Origin: Candidatus Saccharimonadota bacterium
GTDB lineage: Bacteria; Pseudomonadota; Gammaproteobacteria; Enterobacterales; Enterobacteriaceae
Direction: 5' to 3'
Length of the DNA stretch: 32,000 nt
Assembly: GCA_002688505.1 (NCBI GenBank)
Contig: CP024013.1
Span: 120,001 to 152,000, forward strand
Shown: piece by piece, positions 22,306-32,000 of the stretch
Layout of the letters: each line of letters begins with the position of its first letter
Position numbering within the stretch: the first letter of the stretch is position 1
Program-made: the position numbers and the translations under genes
Notes under the pieces: generated by a model
Told to the model about the DNA's origin: nothing
Database searches by the model: none
What the model saw: the letters and a program-made list of their open reading frames with translations, nothing else

Positions 22306-23922
22306 ATGAAAAAAAAAATATTAGTAACATGTGCTTTTCCTTATTCAAATGGTGATATACATTTAGGTCATATATTAGAACATATTTATGCGGATATTTG
22401 GGTAAGATATCAAAAATTGATTGGTAATAAAATTTATTTTATATGTGCTGATGATTCACATGGTACAGCTGTATTATTAAAATCTATCAATATTAATATT
22501 GATCCTAATTTAATGATTAATAATATTTTATTGGATCATAAAAATGATTTTTTAAAATTTAATATTTTTCATGATTATTATTATAAAACTCATAGTAAAT
22601 ATAATTATATTTTTTTAAGAAATATTATTGATAAATGTTTTGTTAAAAATATTATTTATAATAAAAATATTTTACAATATTATGATAATAAAAAAAATAT
22701 TTTTTTACCAGATAGATATATAATTGGTACTTGTCCTAAATGTTTAAGTAAAAAACAGTATGGAGATAATTGTGTTATTTGTGGTAGTATATATAATACA
22801 TTAGATTTAATTAATCCTATTTCTTTAGTTTCTAAAAATAAACCAGTTTTAAAATATTCTAATCATTTATTTTTAAATTTAAATATTTTTAAGCAAAAAA
22901 TAATAAATTGAATTAATAGTATTAATTTACAAGAAAATGTTTTTAATCAATTATTAAGTTGATTAAAAAATGATTTAATTGATTGAAATATTTCTAGAGA
23001 TAGTCCATATTTTGGTTTTAAAATTCCTTCTAAATTTATAAAAGATAAATATTTTTATGTTTGGTTTGATGCTTTATTAGGTTATATAAGTACGTTTTAT
23101 AAGTTTTGTAAAATTAATAATAATTTTTTATTTGATAAATTTTGATTTAATGATAGTAATTATGAATTATATCATTTTATAGGTAAGGATATATTATATT
23201 TTCATGGTATATTATGACCTGCTATTTTAGATATATTAAATTTTAGAAAACCAACTAATATAATTGTACATGGTCATGTTTTAATTAATAATTATAAAAT
23301 GTCAAAATCATATGAAAATTTTATTAGTGTAAAGAAATGATTAAAATATTATGATTCTGATAGTTTAAGGTATTATTTTGCTAGTTTATTATCAAATAAT
23401 ATTAATGATATTAATTTATGTTTAATAGAATTTGTTAATAAAATTAATTCTGATATTGTTAATAAATTTATTAATATATGTTCTAGGATTTCTAGATTTT
23501 TAGAAATTTATTTTAATAATATTTTATCTAATAAATTATGAAATGAAAATTTTTATAATTTATTTGTTCAAAAATTTGATATAATTTGTTATTATTATTT
23601 AAATTTTAATTATTATAAAGTTATAATTGAAATAAATATTTTATTAGATTTAGTTAATAAATGTATTACAGATAATAAACCTTGACTATGAACAAATAAT
23701 TTTAAAAAATTAAGGAATTTACATATATTTTGTACTACCATAATAAATATTTTTAAATTAATTTCTATATATTTAATGCCTATTATACCTAATATTATTA
23801 AAAAAATAGAATTTTTTTTAAATACTAAATTAAATTGAAAAAATTTTGATAAACCTTTACTGAATCATAAAATTTTAAAATATGAAAATATTTATAATCG
23901 TATTAAATTATATAATTTTTAA
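22306..23922 (+). CDS. metG: methionine--tRNA ligase (core enzyme, C-terminal tRNA-binding domain absent)
   Basis: Checked triplet by triplet: 538 aa with about 10 TGA=Trp. Motifs: [11 protein letters not shown], zinc knuckle [45 protein letters not shown]. Ends at ..[10 protein letters not shown], where E. coli MetRS continues for about 130 aa. Confidence 0.93.
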
Positions 23923-23990
23923 TATATTGATTAATTATTTAATATTATATATAATAAAATATAATTTTATTTATTTAATATTAATATTTT

Positions 23991-24191
23991 ATGTCATATT
24001 TTATTGTTCAGAAAGCTATTAAAATAGTTGGAAATAGATTCGATTTAATATTGATAGCTTCTTATTATTCAAGACAAATACAATTGTATAATAAAAAATT
24101 TATTAATAATAAAAACAAACCTACTATAATAGCTCTTAAAAAAATTGAAAATAATTTATTTGATAAAGATTTATTAATAAATTTTTTGTAA
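23991..24191 (+). CDS. rpoZ: RNA polymerase subunit omega
   Basis: 66-aa ORF. VQKAIKIVGNRFDLILIASYYSRQIQ matches E. coli [26 protein letters not shown]. Confidence 0.85.
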   Translation: MSYFIVQKAIKIVGNRFDLILIASYYSRQIQLYNKKFINNKNKPTIIALKKIENNLFDKDLLINFL

Positions 24192-24197
24192 AATTAA

Positions 24198-25391
24198 ATG
24201 AAAATTTATATGGTAGGTGGTGCTGTAAGGGATAAATTATTAGGTTTAAATATTAGAGATAGGGATTGATTAGTAGTTGGTTCTACATATAAAAATATGA
24301 TTAATTTAGGTTATAAACCTATAGGTAATTTTTTTCCTGTTTTTATTAATCCTATAACAAAAGAAGAGTATGCTTTAGCTAGAAAAGAGAAAAAAAATGG
24401 TGTTGGTTATAAAGGTTTTTATTGTAGTTTTTCTTCAGATGTTACTTTAGAAGAAGATTTGTTTCGTAGAGATTTAACAATTAATTCTATTGCAATGGAT
24501 AAAAATGGTAAATATTTTGATCCTTATAATGGTATTAATGATATTAGAAATAGAGTTATTAGAAATGTTTCACATTATTTTATAGATGATCCAATAAGAT
24601 TACTAAGAGTAGCAAGATTCTATTCATATTTATTAAATTTTAATTTTTATATTGAAAATAATACATTTAATTTAATGAAAAAGATTGTTATTAATGGTGA
24701 ATTATCTTATATAACTCCTGAACGTATTTGAATAGAATTTAAAAAAGTATTGAATAATAAAAATATATATTTTTTTTTTAGTATTTTAAATAAATGTAAT
24801 GCTATTAATATAATTTTTCCTGAATTAAATAATATTTTTAATAATATTAAAATTAGATATTATTTTTATTTGATTTTTAAAAAAATAGATTATTTAAATT
24901 ATAATATATATATTAAATTTATTTTTTTTTGTTTTTTTTTTAATTATACTATATTTTCTAGAAAATATTTTATATATAGTGATTTTATTTTGAATAATGT
25001 AAAAAAATTTTGTATAAAATTTAGATTACCTAGTAAATATTTTTTTTATTTTAAAAAAATATTTTTAGTTATAAAGTTAATATATTTTTTTAATAATAAA
25101 AATTTATTTAATTTTTTATTAGATATATTTTATAAATTAGATATATGAAGAAATACTAATTTAATTTTTAATTTATATAATATATTAATTATATTAAAAT
25201 TTTTTAATTTAATTAATATTAATATAATTTGTTTTTTAGAAAATAATTTATTTAAAATATATAAATTATTAGTAAATTTAAAAATTAAAGATTATATTAA
25301 TTTTAATAGTTTAAAAGGTAAGTGTATAAAAAAAAATATATATAAGTTACGTTTATTAACTTTAAAAAAATTTTTTAAATTGAATTTCTAA
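24198..25391 (+). CDS. cca: CCA-adding tRNA nucleotidyltransferase (HD domain degenerate)
   Basis: [30 protein letters not shown] (TGA on the conserved Trp), EEYALARKEKK, RRDLTINSIA and DPIRLLRVARF match E. coli Cca. Track ORFs 24297.. and 24750.. share the frame. 397 aa ending in TAA at 25389. The C-terminal half has no recognisable H..HD..D residues. Confidence 0.88.
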
Positions 25392-25394
25392 ATT

Positions 25395-26408
25395 TTAATT
25401 TTTAAAATTTTCATTTATTTTTCATTTAGGTTTTATATCTATTTCAAAATTATTTTTTATTTTTTTATTAAATAAATATTTTTTTCATCCTGTATATGCT
25501 ATCATTGCAGCGTTATCTGTACATAATTTTTTGTTATTAAAAAAAATTTTTTTGTTTATTTTAGTTAAATTAAACATTTTTTTTCTTAAAATTTTATTAC
25601 TACTAACTCCTCCAACAATAGATAATGTATTAATTTTATATTTTTTAGATGCTAATTTTATTTTTTTTATTAATATATTTGTAATACTTTCTTGTAATGA
25701 AAATGCAATATTAGCTTTATTTTTAAAATTTAATTTATTATTTTTAATATAATTAAAAATATGTGTTTTTAATCCTGAAAAACTAAAATTTAAAGTATTT
25801 TTATTTATTAATGGTTTTGGAAAATTTAAATTTTTATTTGAATATTTTGCTATTTTTGATATATATTTACCTCCAGGTAATTTTAGTTTTAATAATATTG
25901 AAATTTTATCAAATATTTCTCCTGCTGAATCATCTAGTGATTGTCCTATAATTTTATATTTTCCATAGTTTTTTACTATACATAATAATGTATGTGCTCC
26001 AGATGTAACAAGTGATATAAAAGGGAATTTTGGTACTTTTTTATTTATCATAATAGACATTATATGTGCTTCTATATGATTTATAGGTATTGATGGTATT
26101 TTATATATTAAAGACATAGATTTTGCTAATGCAGTTCCTATTAATAAAGAATTTGGTAATCCAGGTCCAGCACAATATGATATTATATTAATATCTTTGA
26201 TTTTTTTTTTTGTTTTTTTTAATGCTTTATTTAATACTATAAATATTTTTTTATAATGATTTTTAGAAGCTATTTCTGGCATTATACCACCATATTTTGT
26301 GTGTATTTTATTTTGACTAAATAATTTATTTGTTAAAATACCAATTTTTGTATCATATAAACTTATCCCAGTTTCATCACAAGATGTTTCTATTCCTAAA
26401 ATTATCAT
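25395..26408 (-). CDS. tsaD: tRNA N6-adenosine threonylcarbamoyltransferase
   Basis: Track ORF 25485..26408 (MIILGIETSCDETGISLYD, HIEAHI, CTDNAAMIAY) continues through 2 TGA to TAA at 25395. At 337 aa it is the same length as E. coli TsaD, and the terminal KPKW matches RPRW. Confidence 0.93.
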
Positions 26409-26485
26409 ATCTTTTATTTTAATTTAATTTATTATATAATTATAATATATTTTAATTATAATTTAATTTTATAGGATATATTTTT

Positions 26486-26704
26486 ATGCCTTTTATTAAA
26501 GTAAAAGATAATGAACCTTTTGATATAGCTTTAAGAAGATTTAAAAGATGTTGTGAAAAATCAGGTATTTTAACTGAAGTACGTAAAAGAGAATTTTATG
26601 AAAAACCTACTACTATTAGAAAAAAAGCTAGAGCTTCTGCTATTAAAAGAAGTATAAAAAAATATTTTAGAAATAATAATAATAATAATAATAGTAATAG
26701 ATAA
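26486..26704 (+). CDS. rpsU: 30S ribosomal protein S21
   Basis: [47 protein letters not shown] is nearly identical to E. coli S21. The C-terminal tail is replaced by poly-Asn. Confidence 0.95.
   Translation: MPFIKVKDNEPFDIALRRFKRCCEKSGILTEVRKREFYEKPTTIRKKARASAIKRSIKKYFRNNNNNNNSNR
26672..26692 (+). repeat. (AAT)7 trinucleotide repeat encoding Asn7 in the rpsU tail
   Basis: Seven consecutive in-frame AAT codons, read directly from the sequence. Confidence 0.9.
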
Positions 26705-26730
26705 ATTTTAATTAAAGAAATATATATTTT

Positions 26731-28473
26731 ATGAAATATATTTCTCGTTTATTTATTAATCAATTAATATCATCTAATGATATTGTAGATATAATTTCAT
26801 CTAAAATAAGTTTGAAAAAAGTTGGTAGATATTATAGATCTATTTGTCCATTTCATGATGAAAAAAATGCATCTTTTATAGTTAATAGAGATAAACAATT
26901 TTTTTATTGTTTTGGTTGTAAATCTAGTGGTAATATTATTGATTTTTTAATTAAAATTAATAATTATAATTTTTTGGATGCTATAAAAGAATTATCTAGT
27001 ATTAGTGGTATACCAATATTATATAATAATATTAATTTTATTAATAAAAATTATTTCAGAGATAAAAAAAAATTTTTTAAACTAATGTTTAATATTAATA
27101 AAATTTATATTAAATCTTTAATTATAAATTATAAAGTTTATAAAATAAGTAAATTTTTAATTAAAAGAAATATTAATCATAAATGTATTATGCATTTTTC
27201 TATAGGTTATTCTTATAGTATATTAGTAAATAAATTTATAAATAATTTAAGTTATGAAAATAAATATTTTTTATTTAAATTAGGTATTTTAATAAAAAAT
27301 AAATATGGTAATTTTTATGATAGATTATTTAATAGAATAATATTTCCAATACATAATATTAATGGTAATATAATAGCTTTTGGTGGTAGATCTATTATAG
27401 ATAATAATTTTATTAAGTATATAAATTCTTCTAATAATATATTTTTTACTAAAAATTATAATTTATATAATTTTTATAATATTATAAAAAATAAAAATAA
27501 ATTAAAAAGAATATTAGTTGTTGAAGGTTATATAGATGTAATTATGTTATATAAATTTGGTATTAAATATTCTGTAGCTTTATTAGGTTCTAATATATCT
27601 AAAAAACAAATTGAAATATTATATTTTTATACTAATAAAATTGTATTATGTTTAGATGGTGATAAATCAAATTTTTTTTATATTAAAAATATTATTAAAA
27701 TATTAATTTCTTTTATAAATAAGAAAAGAATGTCTTTTTTTGTTTTTTTACCTTGTGGAGAAGATCCTGATTCTTTAATTCAAAAAGAGGGTAAAATTTT
27801 ATTTGAAAAAAGAATAAATAATTCTTTATCTATTATAGATATTTTATTTAAGTTTTATTTTTTAAAAAGTAATTTTTATAATTATAAATATAAAATTTAT
27901 TTTGTAACTTCATTATTACCTTATATTTCTAAAATTAATTGTCCTGTTACTAAATATTTTATAAAATATAAAATTTTTAATAAAATTGGTATTTTAAGTG
28001 AATATAATTTAAGAAATTTTTTATTTTTAAATATTAATAAAAATAATATTAAAGTTAAGTTTACTTTATTAAGATGTTTAATAAGTTTATTATTAAAATA
28101 TCCTAAATTATCTTATAAAGTAAATTTATATGATAAAATATTTAATTATAATAGAAGTATTCCAGGTTTGGTTTTATTTTTAGATATAGTTTATTTATGT
28201 ATTAATAATAAAAATATTAATATTATTAATATTATATCTAAATTTAATAATAATATAAAAAATTATTTAATAAAATTATTTTTATGAAATTTTTTTCCTA
28301 AAAATGTAAATTATGATTTGATTTTTAATGATGCTTTAATTAAATTAAAATTTTTTATTATAAAAAATATTTTAAAAAAAATATTATTAAATAATAATAA
28401 TTTATATGAATTATCTTTAAGTAGAAAAATAAAGATATGAAATTTAATTAAATTTAATAAATTAAAGTATTAA
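26731..28473 (+). CDS. dnaG: DNA primase
   Basis: Zinc finger CPFHDEKNASFIVNRDKQFFYCFGCKSSG and Toprim VVEGYIDVI..DGD. Track ORF 26731..28287 continues through 2 TGA to TAA at 28471. 580 aa (E. coli DnaG is 581). Confidence 0.9.
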
Positions 28474-28514
28474 TTTATATATGTATATATAAATTAAAGT
28501 ATTAATTTATATAT
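28459..28514 (+). repeat. Tandem direct repeat: 24-bp perfect copies AAATTAAAGTATTAATTTATATAT at 28459-28482 and 28491-28514
   Basis: Read directly from the sequence. The first copy contains the last dnaG codons and the stop. The second copy is intergenic. Confidence 0.85.
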
Positions 28515-28582
28515 ATATTTTTTTTTATTAAATTTATTTGTTTAAATTATTTAATTTAAATAAAAATTATGGATTTTATTTT

Positions 28583-30397
28583 ATGAAAAAAAGTATTAAG
28601 TTAAAAATTATTTTATTAATTTCAGAAAATAAAAAAAAAGGTTATATAACATATTCTCAAATTAATGATAGGTTATCTTTTTTAAGTAAAATTAGTTCTT
28701 TACAATATAAAAAAATTATTAAAATAATAAATAATTTTGGTATTGCTGTTATAAAAGATAAAAATATAGATAGATTAATTTTTTGTAAAAAAAAAAATAT
28801 TATTTCTAATAATAATTGTTCAGATTTTTTAGATAATAATTTATTAAAATATGAAAATAATGTTAATAAGATTACAGATCCTGTTAGGATGTATATGAAA
28901 GAAATGGGTAATGTTGAATTATTAACCAGGGAAGGTGAAATTAAAATAGCTAAAAAAATTGAATATAGTATTAATAAGATTCAGTTTAATTTAGCCAAAT
29001 ATTTTAAGTCTATTAAATATTTTTTAGATCAATATAATTTAGTTAAACTTAATATTATTAAATTATCTGATTTAATAGTTGGATTTGTTGATTATAAATT
29101 TAATTATAATTTTATTTTTAATAAAAAATATAATGATTTTTATAAAGTAAAATATATTGATAATTTTAATAATACTAATAATATTAATAATTTTAAAAGA
29201 ATTATAAAAAATAAGTTTGATTATTTAAGTTATCAATATAATAATTTATTAAAATTTATTAATAAATATACAATAAATCATCCTTATTCTAAGTGTGAAC
29301 TAAATAAATTAATAAATATTTTTATGACATTTAAATTAGTTCCAAAACAATTAAATCATTTATTATTTAAAATTAAAAATATTTTTAATAAAATAAATTT
29401 AATTGAAAAAAAAATAATGTATTTATGTGTAAAAAAAAGTTTAATGCCTAAAGATATTTTTATATCTTTATTTTATAAATATAATTATAGTTTTAACTGA
29501 TTTTATAAAGCTATTAATATGAATAAATTTTGATCATTAAATTTATTAAAATTTAAAGATAAAATATTTAATAAAATTAATAATTTAATTATTATACAAG
29601 ATAAAATAGGTTTAAATATTTTAAAATTTAAGAAAATAAATATTAATATATTAAATAATGAAATTAAAACTAAAAATTCTAAAAGAGAAATGGTAGAAGC
29701 TAATTTAAGATTAGTAATTTCTATAGCTAAAAAATATACTAACAGAGGTTTACAATTTTTAGATTTAATTCAAGAAGGTAATATAGGTTTAATGAAAGCT
29801 GTTGATAAATTTGAATATAGAAGAGGATATAAATTTTCAACATATGCTACTTGATGAATACGTCAGGCTATTACTAGATCTATAGCTGATCAAGCTAGAA
29901 CAATAAGAATTCCTGTACATATGATAGAAACTATAAATAAATTAAATAGAATTTCTAGACAGTTATTACAAGAGATTGGTAGAGAACCTACTCCAGAAGA
30001 ATTATCAAATAAAATGTTAATGTCAGAGGATAAAATTAGAAAAATTTTAAAAATTTCTAAAGAACCAATATCTATGGAAACACCTATTGGTGAAGATGAA
30101 GATTTACATTTAGGTGATTTTATAGAAGATACATCTTTAGAATTGCCATTAGATTCTGCTACTACTGAAAGTTTGAAATCTGTTACTAATAATATTTTAT
30201 CTAGTTTAACTCCTAGAGAAGCTCAAGTTTTAAAAATGAGATTTGGTATTGATATGAATAGTGATCATACTTTAGAAGAAGTAGGTAAACAATTTGATGT
30301 TACTAGAGAACGTATTAGACAAATAGAAGCAAAAGCATTAAGAAAATTACGTCATCCTAGTAGATCTGAAATTTTACGTGGTTTTTTAGATGATTAA
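28583..30397 (+). CDS. rpoD: RNA polymerase sigma factor RpoD (sigma-70)
   Basis: Track ORFs 28538..29500 and 29921..30397 share the frame and join via 4 TGA, including tandem TGA TGA in TYATWWIRQ. ATG 28583 gives the same 19-residue spacing to GYITY as in E. coli. Regions 2-4 are almost identical to E. coli RpoD. Confidence 0.95.
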
Positions 30398-30492
30398 TTT
30401 TATTAAAGTAATTTTTATTTAAAATAATTTTACTATTAATTTTAAATTATATATTAATTAATTAATTAAATAATAATTTTATATGAGATTAT

Positions 30493-31053
30493 ATGTTATA
30501 TAAATATGAATTAAATGAAGAGAAGATTGAAATTGAAATGAATAAATGTGTTTGTTCTTTTAAAGAAAAAATTTCTAAGTATAATTTAAATTTTAATAAT
30601 ATAAATATTATTTCTAATTTATATATTGATTATTATGGTTATAAAACAAAATTATATAAATTATCTAATATATGTTTTGAAAATAATTGTTTTAAAATTT
30701 CATTGTTTGATAAAAAGATAAAAAATAAAGTTAGAAATATAATTGAAACTTCTAATTTAAATTTAACTACAAATATTTGTGATAATAATATAATAGTAAA
30801 TTTACCACCTATAACTGAGCAATATAGAATTAAGATTTTAAATTTATTAAAAAAAGATTTAGAATTTTTTAAAATTTCTATTAGAAATAAACGTAAATTT
30901 TTTAAGAATAATATAAAAATTTTATTAAAAAATAAAATATTTAGTAAAGATGAAAGTTTATTATTAAATAATAAATTACAATTTATGACAAATAAATATA
31001 TAAAGATTTTAAGTATGTTATTTTTAAATAAAAAAAAAAATATATTAATTTAG
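30493..31053 (+). CDS. frr: ribosome recycling factor
   Basis: 186-aa ORF ending in TAG. KCVCSFKEKISK, YIDYYGYKTKLYKLSNI, NLPPITEQYRIKI and IRNKRK are collinear with E. coli Frr. Confidence 0.88.
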   Translation: MLYKYELNEEKIEIEMNKCVCSFKEKISKYNLNFNNINIISNLYIDYYGYKTKLYKLSNICFENNCFKISLFDKKIKNKVRNIIETSNLNLTTNICDNNIIVNLPPITEQYRIKILNLLKKDLEFFKISIRNKRKFFKNNIKILLKNKIFSKDESLLLNNKLQFMTNKYIKILSMLFLNKKKNILI

Positions 31054-31143
31054 TTTTAATTTTTTATATATTATTTTATATATTTTAGTTATTAATATAT
31101 TTATTAATTTAATTTTTAAAATTTTATTAATATATTTTAAATT

Positions 31144-32000
31144 ATGATATATAATTTTAAATTATTAATATTTATACTAAATTATTTTATGTTTATAATT
31201 AATTATTTAATAATTTTATTTTTTTTAATATTTAATTTTAATTTTTGTTTTTCTAAAAATATACAATTTAATAAAGTTTTTATATACTATAATTATAGTA
31301 AAATTTTTCATAATATTTTATATAAAAAAATTAATTATGAATTTATTAAATTTAATAATAAAAATATAATTAATTTTTTATGAAAAATGAATTTTTTTTA
31401 TAAAATTAAATATTTTAAATTAAATAATAATTTATTTATATATTTATATAATAAATTAATTATTAATAATATTATATTAAATAATAATAATAAAATTTAT
31501 TTTAGTAAAAAATTTTTATTTAAAATTTTAAGTAGTTTTAATATTAATAAAAATTGTTATTTATATAAAAATAATTTATTTAAATTTAAAAAATTTATGT
31601 TATTAAAATATAAAAATATAGGTTTAAATAATTTAAAAATTAATTTTAATATTATTAAGTTTAATAAAATTTATATATTATTAAAATTAAATATTAATAA
31701 TAATTTATTAAATAATTTAAATATTAATATATATGGAAATAAATTTTTAAATAAAGATAAATTTTTATTATTATTAAAAGATTGTAAATTTGATATAGTA
31801 TTTTTAAATAAAAATAAATTTAATATATGTTTGAATAAAATAAAAAATTTTTATTTTAATTATGGATTTTTAGATTTTAGTATTATTAAAATTGATAAAA
31901 AAATAGATTGTAATAATAAATTAAATATTAATTTATATATTCATGAAGGTAATAGATATAGAATAAATAATTTATTTATATTAAGTAATATATCAAAATT
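31144..32000 (+). CDS. bamA: outer-membrane protein assembly factor BamA, 5' partial (continues beyond the window)
   Basis: Hydrophobic signal-like N-terminus. Continues past TGA 31381. POTRA-like repeats: IKNFYFNYGFLDFSIIKIDKKIDCNNKLNININLYIHEGNRYRINNLFILSN resembles E. coli [51 protein letters not shown]. Lies downstream of frr, as in proteobacterial synteny. Confidence 0.72.

Noticed and set aside
25531-25752. 73-aa plus-strand ORF.
   Set aside because: It is antisense to tsaD and has no motif support.
28538-28582. TTG start for rpoD as given in the ORF track.
   Set aside because: The in-frame ATG at 28583 reproduces the exact N-terminal length of E. coli RpoD up to the GY(I/L)TY anchor. 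The upstream 15 codons have no counterpart. The TTG cannot be strictly excluded.
31144-31383. 79-aa hydrophobic small ORF that could be read as a novel membrane peptide.
   Set aside because: It continues in frame past a TGA into POTRA-like sequence. It is the signal peptide and N-terminus of bamA.

Overview
This is an extremely AT-rich window (by eye about 13-15% G+C, not computed) that is almost wall-to-wall housekeeping genes. It looks like a tiny-genome insect endosymbiont that reads UGA as Trp (translation table 4). Most ORF-track entries are fragments; read with TGA=Trp they fuse into full-length, collinear orthologues of E. coli proteins.

Gene order:
- mnmG, then atpBEFHAGDC
- tRNA-Ala/Thr/Tyr/Gly
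- valS(-), pepA(-), tRNA-Trp(-), tRNA-Ile(-)
- hinT, proS
- tilS(-), tRNA-Lys, rplY(-)
- nfo, hspQ(-), corA(-)
- trxA, rho, tRNA-His/Pro
- metG, rpoZ, cca, tsaD(-)
- rpsU, dnaG, rpoD, frr, and the 5' part of bamA

I saw no rRNA genes, CRISPR arrays, transposases or phage genes.

Composition, recoding and retention of a complete ATP synthase best fit a Zinderia-like betaproteobacterial symbiont. That is a recollection-based guess I cannot verify here.

Most interesting observations:
1. The only tRNA-Trp visible keeps a CCA anticodon although nearly all Trp codons are UGA. Its D-stem has A24, the same state as the classical Hirsh UGA-suppressor tRNA.
2. tilS is broken by a frameshift exactly inside an 18-nt coding-strand poly(A) run. 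It is a candidate for rescue by transcriptional slippage.
3. All nine tRNA genes lack an encoded CCA end, while cca is retained with an eroded HD domain.
4. A 512-bp stretch of about 2.5% G+C non-coding DNA sits in an otherwise overlap-packed genome.
5. A TTTTATAGTA motif lies at identical spacing upstream of the two plus-strand tRNA clusters.
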